This document shows positions 44,526-54,961 of a stretch of 64,000 nt of DNA, piece after piece; position 1 is the stretch's first letter, and every line of letters starts with the position of its first letter. The position numbers were made by a program, and so were the translations under genes. The DNA comes from Jatrophihabitans sp. GTDB taxonomy: Bacteria; Actinomycetota; Actinomycetes; Mycobacteriales; Jatrophihabitantaceae. The DNA lies in the NCBI GenBank assembly GCA_025924515.1, contig JAICIE010000004.1, positions 1,228 to 65,227 on the forward strand. The letters are read 5' to 3'. The notes beneath the pieces were generated by a model. It was not told the origin of the DNA. It saw nothing but the letters and a program-made list of their open reading frames with translations, and did not search any database.

Positions 44526-46757
44526 ATGAGAGCGGCGCGACGGCCGCGCCTGCAGGGTCCGCGCCGCCTGCGGGCGGCGATCCCGGCACAGTTCAACCTT
44601 GGTAGCGCGGCCCTGCCGTCCGGAGCCGTCGGCTCCGCGCCCGCCGCCGCGGCGGCGCCGCCGGCCGGCCGGGGCAGCGTCGCAGTCACGGTGACCGACG
44701 TCCGGCCGCTCACTCCCGTCCGCACGAACGCGCCGACGCCCGTGACGTTCACCCTGACCCTGCACAACAAGACCGACCAGCCACTCACGGACGTCACCCT
44801 CATGGCGGCCCGCGGGGATCCGATCGGGTCGCCGGCGCGGCTGCAGGACGTCATGGCCCACCCGGCGCGGGCGCAGGCCGGCCTGCTGCCGGTGCCGACG
44901 GCGTCGGGGCGTCCCGTCACCGCGACACTCGGTCCGGGCCGAGACGCGCAGGTCGTCTTCCGCACCGCGGCCGGGATCGCGAAAGGCGCCCCGCTCTGCG
45001 AGTGCGCCGACGCCATCTACCCGATCCTCTTCACGGCGACTTCTGCGTCGGCGACAACGCTCGGCACCGCCCGGACCTACCTGCCGGTCTTCGGGTTGAC
45101 CGCGCCGGCGAAGGTCCGGGTCAGCTGGCTGTGGCCGCTGCTCGACCGCCCGCACCGGGCGTTGTCCAGCAGCGGGGGGGACAACGTGTTCACCGACGAC
45201 GTCCTGGCCGCGGAACTGGCTCCCGGGGGACGGCTCGACCGGGCGCTGCGCGTGGTCGAGAACGTGAGCCGCACCGTGGCGATGACGCTCGTCGTCGACC
45301 CCGACCTGCTCGACGAAGTGCAGGTCATGAGCACCGGACGCTATCTGGTCCGTGCGTCCCCGACGGCCAAGGCCGTGCCGGGAACCGGCGCCCTCGAAGC
45401 GGCGAGCTGGCTGGATCGCCTTCGCGCCGTCCTCTCCGACCATCCAGACGTGGAGGTCGCGCTCACCGCCCCCGGCGATCCGGACGTCGAGTCGCTGACC
45501 CGGAACAATCTGCAGTGGACGGCGACCCCGACGCCGACGGTCGACCAGCGGGTGGAGACGGCGCTCGGCGGGTTCCCGACCCGCAGTGACATCACCTGGC
45601 CGGCGGGAGCCACGCTCAGCCGCGAGACGCTGGGCATCCTGGGCAGCACGGGAACCTCCACCGTCGTCCTCAGGGCGGGCGACCTGCGCGGGTCCGCCGC
45701 CACCACCGACGTCGCCCTGTCCCCACTGCGAACCCGCGGGTTCTCCGGCCTGGCGGCGGTCGTCGATCCGCTGACCCAGTCCCTCGCCGCGAAGGCGCTT
45801 CAGCGCACGGGACTCGGCATGGCCGCCGTCCCCTCGCTGGCGGCCCGGGTGGCCGCGCACGCGGTCGAGGCGCCGGGAGCGACCCACTACGTCGTCATCG
45901 CCGCCCCCCGGTTCCTGGACCCGGACGTCCAGGCGGCCACCCGCGCCATCCAGGCCACCGCACACAGCTTCTGGTCGACGGCGCTTCCGCTGGGAACGGC
46001 CACCAGCAGTATCGCGCCGACCAACCGCGGGACCCTGCATCAGCTGCACCCCCCGGCCGAGCTGCCGGGCATCGTCCTGAGAACCGCGGCGCTGGTGGAC
46101 GAGCGGCTGCCCGACCTGGAAGCGTTGTTCGAGATCGAGCGCAACGGCACCGTCAGCAGTGCGGCGGCGACGCGGCTGCTCGGACCGGTTCCTCCGGCGG
46201 TGCAACGCACCGAGTCGTCGTCCTGGCGGTATGTGGCCGGTCACGGCATCGGGGCCGCGCAGGAGATCTCCGACCAGGTCGAGCGGTGGATCCGCGGCGT
46301 GCGCGTGGTGCGACCCGCGACCGGCACGTACACGCTGACGTCGACGTCCGCACCGTTGCCGGTGACGATCGCCAACACGCTCGGTGTCCCGGTTTCGGTG
46401 GAGCTCGACGTGCACACCGAGGACGGCCTGCCCGGTCTGAGCACCGACCCGCCGCGCACGATCGTCGTCGGGGCGCGCAGCACCGTGCAGGTGAAGGTCA
46501 CCATGCACCTGGAGCGCACCGGCCGGCTTCCGGTCGAGGTCGTGCTCCGGACCCCGACCGGCATGGTGCTCGGCTCGTCGCTACCGCCGCTCACCATTCA
46601 CGGGACCGCCATCGGGACCATCGGCGCGGTGATCACCGACGTCGCCGCCGGGATCCTGCTGCTTGCGCTCGTGCTGCGGGTGGTGCGGCGGGTGCGGGCG
46701 CGGCGCAGAACGGTCCCGGAGCCGGTCGCGCCGCCGGCCCCGGTGGGGATCTCGTGA
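44526..46757 (+). CDS. Large conserved actinobacterial protein upstream of murJ (DUF6049-like), C-terminal TM anchor
   Basis: 743 aa. Its position between NUDIX and murJ matches conserved actinobacterial synteny. C-terminal TM segment: IGAVITDVAAGILLLALVLRVV. The family name is from recollection and is not verifiable here. Confidence 0.65.
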   Translation: MRAARRPRLQGPRRLRAAIPAQFNLGSAALPSGAVGSAPAAAAAPPAGRGSVAVTVTDVRPLTPVRTNAPTPVTFTLTLHNKTDQPLTDVTLMAARGDPIGSPARLQDVMAHPARAQAGLLPVPTASGRPVTATLGPGRDAQVVFRTAAGIAKGAPLCECADAIYPILFTATSASATTLGTARTYLPVFGLTAPAKVRVSWLWPLLDRPHRALSSSGGDNVFTDDVLAAELAPGGRLDRALRVVENVSRTVAMTLVVDPDLLDEVQVMSTGRYLVRASPTAKAVPGTGALEAASWLDRLRAVLSDHPDVEVALTAPGDPDVESLTRNNLQWTATPTPTVDQRVETALGGFPTRSDITWPAGATLSRETLGILGSTGTSTVVLRAGDLRGSAATTDVALSPLRTRGFSGLAAVVDPLTQSLAAKALQRTGLGMAAVPSLAARVAAHAVEAPGATHYVVIAAPRFLDPDVQAATRAIQATAHSFWSTALPLGTATSSIAPTNRGTLHQLHPPAELPGIVLRTAALVDERLPDLEALFEIERNGTVSSAAATRLLGPVPPAVQRTESSSWRYVAGHGIGAAQEISDQVERWIRGVRVVRPATGTYTLTSTSAPLPVTIANTLGVPVSVELDVHTEDGLPGLSTDPPRTIVVGARSTVQVKVTMHLERTGRLPVEVVLRTPTGMVLGSSLPPLTIHGTAIGTIGAVITDVAAGILLLALVLRVVRRVRARRRTVPEPVAPPAPVGIS

Positions 46758-46788
46758 CCGCACCGCGGCGAGCGGCCGTCAGCGCGCC

Positions 46789-48699
46789 ATGAACAGCCGC
46801 ACCGGGGGCGACACGAACGACGGCTGGAGCACACCGGCTCTGTACTCCAGCCGCGGGGCGGTCCAGCCGCGCACCTTCACCGAAGCCGATCCGCTCGCCA
46901 ACTGGATGCTCCCCGGGCTCGATGACGGTGCGGACGGGTGGAGCCCGACCACCTACGTCGGCGGAGCGCCGCGCAGGGCGAGGGGGGACGGGCCCGAGCT
47001 CCCGCAGGAGGCGATCCCGCTCGACGACTCGCCGGCCGGGTTCGGTCCGGAAGGCACCGTCGCGGTCGAAGCAGCCGAGCGGAACCGGTCGGCACCGGCC
47101 AGCGCCGACCGGTCCACCAGCGGCCTGCTCGCGCACAGCCGCACGATGGCGGTGGCGAGCCTCATCAGCCGGATCACCGGGTTCCTGCGCAGCAGCATGC
47201 TGGCAGCCGCCATCGGGACCGGCCTGGTCGGTGACGCGTACAACGTCGCCAACAATTTCCCGAACATGGTCTACGAGCTGCTGCTGGGGGGCGTGCTGTC
47301 GAGCGTGCTCATCCCGCTGCTCGTCCACGCGCAGGAAAGGGACGAGGACGACGGCGTCGCGTACATGCAGCGGCTGTTGTCGCTGGCGACGGCTGCGCTC
47401 GGCGTGGTCACGGTGCTCGCCGTTGCCGCCGCGCCGCTGATCGCCGGGGCGTTCGTGCACGTGCCGCAGCAGCGCAGCCTCGCGACGGTCCTCGCCTCAC
47501 TGTTGCTGCCCGAGATCTTCTTCTACGGCCTCGGCGCGATGTTCATGGCCGTGCTCAACATCCGCAACAGCTACGGGCCGGGCGCGTGGTCGTCGGTGCT
47601 GAACAACGTGGTGATGATGACGACCATCGCGGTCTTCTGGGTGCTCCCTGGACCCAAGGTGCTGACGCCGGGCACCATCACGACGACACAGGTCCTGGTC
47701 CTCGGCATCGGCACCACGCTCGGCATCGCGGCGCAGGCGCTGGTTCTCGTGCCGTACCTGCGCCGAACGGGGTTCCGGTGGCGGTGGCGCTTCCGGGCTC
47801 GTCCGCACGAGGTCGGCCGCATGCGCGAGGTCGCCGCGCTCGCCGGGTGGGTGTTCGGCTACGTCGTGGCCAGCCAGGTCGGCGTCACGGTCATCGCGAA
47901 GGTCGGCGTCGCCCATCAGGCGTTCACCGTCTTCACCTTCGCCGACCTGTTGCTGCAGATGCCCTACGGCATCCTCGTGGTGTCCCTGCTCACCGCGCTC
48001 ATGCCGCGGTTGTCGCGCGCCGCTGCTCGAGGTCACCAGGGCGACGTGATCGACGACCTCAACCTGGGCGCCCGGCTGTCGGCGCTGGCGCTGGTCCCGG
48101 TGACCGCCGGGCTCGTCGTCCTCGGCCCCGTCCTGACCGTCGTCCTCTTCGGCTACGGGCAGACGTCCGTGACCGATGCCCGGCTCATCGGCACGGCCCT
48201 GGCCGCCTCCGCGTTCGGGTTGTTCCCGTTCGCGCTGGTGATGCTCCAGTTGCGGGTGTTCTACGCCATGCGGGACGGCCGCACCCCGACGCTGATCAAC
48301 CTGTTCATGGTCGCGACAAAGGTGGCGGCCGTCCTGATCTGCTCTCGGCTGTTCTCCGGCTCGCACGACATCGCGATCGCGCTGACCACGTCCACGTCTG
48401 CGTCCTATGTCGTCGGCGCCGTCGCCGGGCACGTCCTGCTGGCCCGTCGGCTCGGCCGGCTCCGGTTCCGCAGCGTGGCCCGGACTGTCGGGCAGATCGG
48501 GCTGGCCTCCGTCCTGGGCGCAGCCGCGGCCTTCGCGATCGTGCGGGGTTGCACCGGCGCGCTGGGCACGGCGCACGTCGGGTCGATGACCGCGCTGGTC
48601 GCCGGGGCGCTCGGCGGGCTGGTCGTTCTCGCGCTCGTCGCCTGGCGGCTGCGGATGCCGGAGGTGGCGCACGTAAGCGGGTTGCTCCGGCGCGGCTGA
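46789..48699 (+). CDS. murJ: Lipid II flippase MurJ (MviN) with ~100-aa non-membrane N-terminal extension
   Basis: ORF 46663..48699 trimmed to ATG 46789. MurJ signature: MAVASLISRITGFLRSSMLAAAIGTGLVGDAYNVANNFPNMVYELLLGGVLSSVLIP. Multiple TM segments. Confidence 0.85.
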   Translation: MNSRTGGDTNDGWSTPALYSSRGAVQPRTFTEADPLANWMLPGLDDGADGWSPTTYVGGAPRRARGDGPELPQEAIPLDDSPAGFGPEGTVAVEAAERNRSAPASADRSTSGLLAHSRTMAVASLISRITGFLRSSMLAAAIGTGLVGDAYNVANNFPNMVYELLLGGVLSSVLIPLLVHAQERDEDDGVAYMQRLLSLATAALGVVTVLAVAAAPLIAGAFVHVPQQRSLATVLASLLLPEIFFYGLGAMFMAVLNIRNSYGPGAWSSVLNNVVMMTTIAVFWVLPGPKVLTPGTITTTQVLVLGIGTTLGIAAQALVLVPYLRRTGFRWRWRFRARPHEVGRMREVAALAGWVFGYVVASQVGVTVIAKVGVAHQAFTVFTFADLLLQMPYGILVVSLLTALMPRLSRAAARGHQGDVIDDLNLGARLSALALVPVTAGLVVLGPVLTVVLFGYGQTSVTDARLIGTALAASAFGLFPFALVMLQLRVFYAMRDGRTPTLINLFMVATKVAAVLICSRLFSGSHDIAIALTTSTSASYVVGAVAGHVLLARRLGRLRFRSVARTVGQIGLASVLGAAAAFAIVRGCTGALGTAHVGSMTALVAGALGGLVVLALVAWRLRMPEVAHVSGLLRRG

Positions 48700-48756
48700 C
48701 GGAATGCGGCACGCCGCGCAATGGTTGACTGCGGCGGACCACGACAGGGAGAGCCA

Positions 48757-49716
48757 GTGACCAACCACCGCGAAGTGATCATCATCGGCTCCGGGCCGGC
48801 CGGTTACACCGCCGCCCTGTACAGCGCGCGCGCCCAGCTGCAACCGCTGGTGTTCGAAGGTGCTCAATACGGCGGCGCGCTGATGAACACCACCGACGTC
48901 GAGAACTACCCCGGCTTCCCCGAAGGCATCCTCGGTCCCAACCTGATGAACGAGATCCGCACCCAGGCCGAGCGATTCGGTGCCGAACTCGTCCCAGACG
49001 ACGTCATTTCGGTGGACCTGACCGCGCGCACGAAGGCGGTGCGGACCCTCACCGAGGAGTACACGGCCGAGGCCGTCATCCTGGCCATGGGTTCGGCCTA
49101 CCGGAAGTTGGGCCTGCCGAACGAGGAAGAGCTCTCCGGTCACGGGGTCTCCTGGTGCGCCACCTGCGACGGGTTCTTCTTCCGCGGACAGGACATCGCC
49201 GTCGTCGGCGGTGGCGACACGGCGATGGAGGAAGCCACCTTCCTCACTCGCTTCGCGGAGTCGGTCACCGTGGTGCACCGTCGCGGGCAACTGCGGGCGA
49301 GCAAGATCATGGGGGATCGCGCCCGAGCCAACCCGAAGATCCGTTTCGCTTTCAACAGCGAGATCGAGGAGATCCGCGGCACGGGCACGGTCGAAGGCGT
49401 CACCCTCCGCGACGCCGGCACGGGCGAGACCCGCGAACTTCCGGTGACCGGACTGTTCATCGCGATCGGTCACGAGCCGCGCAGCGATCTGGTCAAGGGA
49501 CAGGTCGAGCTCGACGAGGACGGATACGTCCTGACGACGACCGGAACCCGGACCAACCTCGACGGGGTGTTCGCCGCGGGCGACCTCGTCGACCACACCT
49601 ACCGCCAGGCCATCACCGCGGCCGGCTCCGGCTGCCAGGCCGCCTTGGACGCCGAGCGTTATCTGGCCGCGCTCGGTGACATCCCCGACGAGCCGATCAC
49701 CGAACGCTGGGACTGA
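48757..49716 (+). CDS. trxB: Thioredoxin-disulfide reductase
   Basis: GTG 48757 follows [22 protein letters not shown], redox-active CATCDG and [10 protein letters not shown] motifs. Confidence 0.9.
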   Translation: MTNHREVIIIGSGPAGYTAALYSARAQLQPLVFEGAQYGGALMNTTDVENYPGFPEGILGPNLMNEIRTQAERFGAELVPDDVISVDLTARTKAVRTLTEEYTAEAVILAMGSAYRKLGLPNEEELSGHGVSWCATCDGFFFRGQDIAVVGGGDTAMEEATFLTRFAESVTVVHRRGQLRASKIMGDRARANPKIRFAFNSEIEEIRGTGTVEGVTLRDAGTGETRELPVTGLFIAIGHEPRSDLVKGQVELDEDGYVLTTTGTRTNLDGVFAAGDLVDHTYRQAITAAGSGCQAALDAERYLAALGDIPDEPITERWD

Positions 49717-49789
49717 CCGGGAAGAATCCCGGCCGGGGCGCGGTTGCACCGACGGACCCCGAAACCCTTCCCGGCACTGGAGAAACCAC

Positions 49790-50119
49790 ATGGGTGCGAA
49801 CACCAAGACCGTCACCGACGCCAGCTTCTCGCAGGACGTTCTGCAGTCCGACAGGCCCGTCGTCGTCGACTTCTGGGCCGAGTGGTGCGGACCGTGCCGC
49901 ATGGTCGCTCCGGTGCTGGAGGAGATCGCCGGTGAGCACGCCGACAAGATCACCGTCGCGAAGCTCAACATCGACGAGAACCCGCAGACCGCCCGCGGCT
50001 ACCAGGTGATGTCCATCCCTACGATGGCCGTGTTCGAGAAGGGCAAGCTCGTCAAGACGATCGTCGGCGCCCGCCCGAAGGCGGCGATCCTCAAGGAGCT
50101 CAGCGAGTTCGTCGGCTGA
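49790..50119 (+). CDS. trxA: Thioredoxin
   Basis: VVVDFWAEWCGPCRMVAP active site; 109 aa. Confidence 0.95.
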   Translation: MGANTKTVTDASFSQDVLQSDRPVVVDFWAEWCGPCRMVAPVLEEIAGEHADKITVAKLNIDENPQTARGYQVMSIPTMAVFEKGKLVKTIVGARPKAAILKELSEFVG

Positions 50120-50134
50120 GAAGGGCCGGGAATC

Positions 50135-50167
50135 GAGGCCGCCGCACCTTGCCGGTGCGGCGGCCTC
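50135..50167 (+). terminator. Hairpin after trxA (putative intrinsic terminator)
   Basis: GAGGCCGCCGCACC (50135..50148) pairs perfectly with GGTGCGGCGGCCTC (50154..50167), with a 5-nt loop. It lies 16 nt after the stop codon and has no strong U-tract. Confidence 0.5.
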
Positions 50168-50306
50168 GTCGATTCGCCGGGTCCGGGGATGGGTTGTGCG
50201 GCGGTGCGGCCACGGTCCGCCGCCCCGGCTGCGGCAGAATGTCCACGGCACCAGCCCGAGAACCCGCCCCGCTGGGGCCTGATCCGACCGGACGAAGGTT
50301 TCCCGC

Positions 50307-51422
50307 ATGCAGCTCCTCCGCCGTGGCGTCACCGGTGAGGCGGTCGCCGAGGTCCGCCGGATGCTCGCCACGCTGGGTCTGCTGGACAACACGACCCCGC
50401 GGTCGGCGGCGTGCTTCGACGAGGCCACGGAGCTGGCTGTACGGCACTTCCAGCAGCGGCGCGGCATGTCGGTCGACGGCATGGTCGGTCCCGAGACCTA
50501 CGCGGCGCTCACCGGGGCGCACTGGCGGCTCGGCGATCGGGTGCTGGCGCACCAGGCCGGCGCGCCGCTGAGCGGCGACGACGTGGCGGCGCTGCAGACC
50601 CAACTTCTGGAGCTGGGCTACGACGTCGTCCGTGTCGACGGGCTGTTCGCCGCGACCACGGCCGAGGGGCTGCGGGCCTTCCAGCGCGATTACGGCCTCG
50701 TGCCCGACGGCGTGTGCGGTCCGGCCACACTCCGTGCGCTGCGCCAGCTCGGGCGGCGGGTCGTCGGTGGGCGGCCGCAGCTGCTGCGCGAACTCGTCCG
50801 GGTCGCCGATGCCGGACCGAATCTGCTCGGCAAGAGCATCGTCGTCGACGCCGGGCACGGCGGCCCCGACCGTGGGGTCCAGTACGCCGGGGTCGACGAG
50901 GCAGCCCTGACCTGGGACCTCGCGTCGCGCCTGGAAGGTCGCCTGACCGCACTCGGCGTGCGCACGTGGCTCACCCGCGGACCCGCCAACGGGCGCAGTG
51001 ACGTCGAACGGGCCCAGCTGGCCAACGAGGTCGGCGCGGATCTGGTGGTGTCGCTGCACTGCGACGGGTCCAAGTCGCCCCGCGCGCACGGCCTGGCGAC
51101 GTACTACTTCGGTGCCGGCGAAACGGCGTCGACCATCGGCGAACGCCTGGCCGATCTCGCCCAACGGGAGCTTGTCGCCCGCACAGGCCTGCTGGACTGC
51201 CGCATCCACGGCAAGTCGTGGACCCTGCTCCGATCGACCCGCATGCCGACCGTCCGGGTCGAGGTCGGCTATCTGACCTCGCCGGTCGACCGGCCGCAGC
51301 TACTGGACCCGCTGTTCCGGGACACCGTGGCCGAAGGCCTGCTGGTGGCGGTCCAGCGGCTGTACCTCCCCGTCGCCGACGACCCGCCGACAGGCGTGCT
51401 GCGGATCCCGGCGTCGGCCTGA
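50307..51422 (+). CDS. cwlM: N-acetylmuramoyl-L-alanine amidase-fold protein with two peptidoglycan-binding domains (CwlM-like)
   Basis: Two PG_binding_1-like repeats (AVRHFQQRRGMSVDGMVGPETYAAL and GLRAFQRDYGLVPDGVCGPATLRAL) plus amidase_3 (IVVDAGHGGPDRG). The position after trxA matches actinobacterial synteny. Confidence 0.85.
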   Translation: MQLLRRGVTGEAVAEVRRMLATLGLLDNTTPRSAACFDEATELAVRHFQQRRGMSVDGMVGPETYAALTGAHWRLGDRVLAHQAGAPLSGDDVAALQTQLLELGYDVVRVDGLFAATTAEGLRAFQRDYGLVPDGVCGPATLRALRQLGRRVVGGRPQLLRELVRVADAGPNLLGKSIVVDAGHGGPDRGVQYAGVDEAALTWDLASRLEGRLTALGVRTWLTRGPANGRSDVERAQLANEVGADLVVSLHCDGSKSPRAHGLATYYFGAGETASTIGERLADLAQRELVARTGLLDCRIHGKSWTLLRSTRMPTVRVEVGYLTSPVDRPQLLDPLFRDTVAEGLLVAVQRLYLPVADDPPTGVLRIPASA

Positions 51423-51438
51423 GCCTGCGCCCCCGCGG

Positions 51439-52074
51439 TCAGCGCGCCAGCGCCGGCGTCTGAATGGTCGTGAGCAGCCGCTCGAGCGCCGATTCCGCCT
51501 CCTCCCGCCAGGAAACGGCGCTCTTCACGTCCAGGCGCAGCCGCGGGACCCGCGGATGCGGACGGACGGTCTTGAACCCGACGGCCAGCAGGTACTCGAC
51601 CGGCAGCAGACACGTCCCGTCCGCCGCGGTGCGGTCCATGTGCTCCGGCCTCCGGCCGTCGCCGAACGCCTCCAGCGCGCGCACTCCGCGGCGGCTGAGG
51701 TCGCGCACCACCGACTGCAGCAGCACCCGTCCCAGACCGCCTCCGCGGTAGTCCTCCCGCACCGTCGCGCTGATCAGCAGCACGGCGTCAGAACTCACCG
51801 GCGACGTCGGGAAGGCAAGCGACCTCGGAACGTACGCGGCCGGCGCGTAGAGGACGTGGCCGGCCGGAGTGCCGTCGACATAAACGATCTGGCCGCAGCT
51901 GCCCCACTGCAGCAGGGTGTCCGAGACCCACGCCTCCTTCTCGAGAGGCGCCGTCCCCGCCCGACACGCTCGTTCGGCAGCGACCGGGTCGAGCTCCCAC
52001 ACAACACAGGACCGGCAGGACGACGCGAGATCGTCGAGATTGTCGAGGGTCAGGTTCGCCACCCGTCGCGCCAC
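51439..52074 (-). CDS. GNAT-family N-acetyltransferase
   Basis: Motif A: VREDYRGGGLGRVLLQSVVRDLSRRG. 211 aa. Confidence 0.75.
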   Translation of the reverse strand: MARRVANLTLDNLDDLASSCRSCVVWELDPVAAERACRAGTAPLEKEAWVSDTLLQWGSCGQIVYVDGTPAGHVLYAPAAYVPRSLAFPTSPVSSDAVLLISATVREDYRGGGLGRVLLQSVVRDLSRRGVRALEAFGDGRRPEHMDRTAADGTCLLPVEYLLAVGFKTVRPHPRVPRLRLDVKSAVSWREEAESALERLLTTIQTPALAR

Positions 52075-52134
52075 TCGCGTCTCCCGCTGCTGTCGTCCCG
52101 GCTCCAGCCAGGCTAACCCCGCGAAGGCCGTAGG

Positions 52135-53352
52135 TCAGCAGCCTCCGTCGTAATCCGCCAGGAACTCAGCCAGCCGTCCGATCGCGTCGGTGAGGTCGTC
52201 GGCGCGGGGCAGGGTGACGATCCGCAGATGGTCCGGGGTCGGCCAGTTGAATCCCGTGCCCTGCACCACGAGAACGTGCTTCGTGCGCAGGAACTCGAGG
52301 ACGAACTGTTGGTCGTCCTTGATCGGATACAGCTCCGGATCAAGCCGGGGAAAGACGTACATCGCACCCTGCGGACGCGCACAGGTGACGCCGGGTATCC
52401 GGGCGAGAGCGGCCAGCGCCGCATCGCGCTGCTGAAGGAGTCGCCCACCCGGAAGGACGAGGTCACGGACGCTCTGTCGGCCTCCCAAGGCCACCTGCAC
52501 GGCGTGTTGCGCGGGGACGTTGGCACATAAACGCATGTTGGCGAGGATCGTCAGACCTTCTAAGTAATCCTGAGCATGATGCTTAGGACCACTGACAATC
52601 AGCCATCCTGATCGAAATCCTGCGACCCGGTAGGCCTTCGACAGTCCACTGAACGTGAGGACGAACAGATCTGGCGCTACGGTCGCGAACGGAACATGGA
52701 CAGCGTCGTCGTAGAGCACCTTGTCGTAGATCTCGTCGGTCATGACGACGAGCCGGTGCCTGCGGGCTATCTCGGCGATCTGTTCCAACACCGGCTGCGG
52801 ATACACGGCGCCGGTCGGGTTGTTCGGGTTTATCAGGACGAGCGCCTTGGTGCGCTCGGTGACCTTGGCGCGCAGGTCGTCGAGGTCGGGCAGCCATCCG
52901 CTGGCCTCGTCGCACAGGTAGTGCACCGGACGCCCACCGGACAGGCAGGTCGCCGCGGTCCACAACGGGTAGTCCGGCGCCGGCAGCAGCACCTCGTCGC
53001 CGTTGTCCAGCATGGCCTGAAGCGCCATCGTGATGAGCTCGCTGACCCCGTTGCCGAGCCAGACATCGTCGACGTCGACGCTGTCGACGCCGCGGCCCTG
53101 ATAGTGCTGCACGACCGCGGTGCGCGCAGACAGCAGGCCCTGGCTGTCGCTGTAGCCCTGTGCCGAGGGCAGGTTCCGGATGACGTCGACGAGGATCTCC
53201 TCGGGCGCCTCGAAGCCGAAGGGTGCGGGGTTGCCGATGTTCAACTTGAGAATCCGGCGCCCCTCCTCCTCCAGACGCTTGGCCTCCTCCAGTACCGGTC
53301 CCCGGATGTCGTAACAGACGTCCTCGAGCTTGCGTGACTGCCGCAGATCCAC
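52135..53352 (-). CDS. PLP-dependent class I aminotransferase (AlaA/alanine aminotransferase-like)
   Basis: ORF 52135..53556 trimmed to GTG 53352. KLEDVCYDIRGPVLEEAKRLEEEGRRILKLNIGNPAPFGF closely parallels E. coli AlaA as recalled. Also INPNNPTGAVY and SGLSKAYRVAGFR. Confidence 0.85.
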   Translation of the reverse strand: MDLRQSRKLEDVCYDIRGPVLEEAKRLEEEGRRILKLNIGNPAPFGFEAPEEILVDVIRNLPSAQGYSDSQGLLSARTAVVQHYQGRGVDSVDVDDVWLGNGVSELITMALQAMLDNGDEVLLPAPDYPLWTAATCLSGGRPVHYLCDEASGWLPDLDDLRAKVTERTKALVLINPNNPTGAVYPQPVLEQIAEIARRHRLVVMTDEIYDKVLYDDAVHVPFATVAPDLFVLTFSGLSKAYRVAGFRSGWLIVSGPKHHAQDYLEGLTILANMRLCANVPAQHAVQVALGGRQSVRDLVLPGGRLLQQRDAALAALARIPGVTCARPQGAMYVFPRLDPELYPIKDDQQFVLEFLRTKHVLVVQGTGFNWPTPDHLRIVTLPRADDLTDAIGRLAEFLADYDGGC

Positions 53353-53390
53353 GTCGACACCTTCGCACACCGGCTGGCAGGGTCGGCCGC

Positions 53391-54005
53391 ATGGAGTTCG
53401 CCGAGGCGGTGCGGCGCCGCCGGATGATCCGCTCTTACCGCACGGATCGCGACGTTCCGGACATATGCGTGACAACCTGTCTGGAGTTGGCGGTCCGGGC
53501 GCCGTCCGCCGGCCACACCCAGGGTCGGGAATTTCTCGTGCTGCGCGACATAACATCGCGCTCGCAGTTCTGGGCGGCGACCGCTGACGACGCCGACCCC
53601 GATCCGTGGCTGTTGCGGATGCGCACCGCCCCAGTTTTGATCATCTGCCTGTCGGACAAGCAGGCATACCTGGACCGCTACGCAGAACCCGACAAGGGAT
53701 GGACCGACCGGGACGAGGCGCGCTGGCCGATCTCGTACTGGGACGTCGACACCGGCATGGCGGCTCTGGTCATCCTGTTGGCGGCCCAGGACCTCGGCCT
53801 GGGCGCCTGCTTCTTCGGCGTGCCCGGGAAGCGGTGGGAACCGCTTCGGGCGGCGTTCGATATCCCGGCGCGGCTGCGCCCGGTGGGGGTCGTGAGCCTG
53901 GGCTATCCCGCGCCGGACCACCGGTCGCCGTCGCTGCGCCGCGGCCGGCGGCCGCTGGGCGAGCTGGTCCACCGCGAGCGCTACGGCGAGCCCGGGCCGT
54001 CCTGA
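53391..54005 (+). CDS. Nitroreductase-family protein
   Basis: ORF 53334..54005 trimmed to ATG 53391. Contains [22 protein letters not shown] and [10 protein letters not shown]. Confidence 0.8.
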   Translation: MEFAEAVRRRRMIRSYRTDRDVPDICVTTCLELAVRAPSAGHTQGREFLVLRDITSRSQFWAATADDADPDPWLLRMRTAPVLIICLSDKQAYLDRYAEPDKGWTDRDEARWPISYWDVDTGMAALVILLAAQDLGLGACFFGVPGKRWEPLRAAFDIPARLRPVGVVSLGYPAPDHRSPSLRRGRRPLGELVHRERYGEPGPS

Positions 54006-54961
54006 TCGGCGGGTGCCGGTGCCATGAGGCTGACGATTCGTTCCAGGTCGTCCTGGGAGGCGAACTCGATGGTGATCTTCCCCTTGCGGCGGCCCAGATC
54101 CACGCGGACCCGAGTGTCCAGCACGTCGGAGAGCCGCTCGCCGAGCTCCGCGACCCCCGGCGCCGGAGTACGCGGGGCGTTGCGCCGCGACGGGCGCTTT
54201 CGGTCGCCGTGCCCTGCCGCCGCCAGCGTCACGAGCTCCTCGGTGGCACGCACGGAGAGTCCCTCCGCCACGATGCGGCCCGCCAGCTCCTCCTGTGCCT
54301 CCGCGTCCTCGAGCCCCAGCAGCGCCCGGGCGTGGCCCGCTGTCAGAACACCGGCCGCGACCCGGCGCTGCACCGGGATGGGGAGGTTCAGCAGCCGGAT
54401 GGTGTTGCTGATCTGCGGCCGGCTGCGGCCCAGCCGGCCGGCGAGCTCGTTCTGAGTGACGCCGAACTCCTCGAGCAGCTGCTGATAGGCCGCCGCCTCC
54501 TCCAGCGGGTTCAGCTGCGCGCGGTGCACGTTCTCGAGCAGCGCGTCGCGCAGCAGAGCGTCGTCCGCGGTGTCACGAACCACGGCTGGAAGAGTGGCGA
54601 GTCCGGCGGCCTGCGCGGCCCGCAGCCGGCGTTCGCCCATGACCAGCTCGTATCCGCCGTCGGCTTCGCGGACAACGACCGGTTGCAACACGCCGAATTC
54701 TTGAACGGAGTGGGCCAGCTCCGCGAGCGCGTCCTCGTCGAAGACCTGCCGGGGCTGCCGCGGGTTCGGACGGATCTCGTCGACGGGGAGTTCGAGAAAT
54801 CGCGCGCCGGCGACCGGAACGAGGTCCGGCGCGGGTGGCTGCGGGGTTCCCGAGCCGGGGTGGGCGCGGACCAGGTCCGACGCATCCGGCGCGACCGCCG
54901 GACCGGACGGGATGAGCGCGCCGAGACCCCGGCCCAGGCCGCCGCGCGGCACGCCGGTCAC
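53981..54961 (-). CDS. parB: Chromosome partitioning protein ParB
   Basis: ORF 53981..55291 trimmed to GTG 54961 (GTGA overlap with the parA stop). Contains [29 protein letters not shown] and [22 protein letters not shown]. Confidence 0.9.
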   Translation of the reverse strand: MTGVPRGGLGRGLGALIPSGPAVAPDASDLVRAHPGSGTPQPPAPDLVPVAGARFLELPVDEIRPNPRQPRQVFDEDALAELAHSVQEFGVLQPVVVREADGGYELVMGERRLRAAQAAGLATLPAVVRDTADDALLRDALLENVHRAQLNPLEEAAAYQQLLEEFGVTQNELAGRLGRSRPQISNTIRLLNLPIPVQRRVAAGVLTAGHARALLGLEDAEAQEELAGRIVAEGLSVRATEELVTLAAAGHGDRKRPSRRNAPRTPAPGVAELGERLSDVLDTRVRVDLGRRKGKITIEFASQDDLERIVSLMAPAPADQDGPGSP

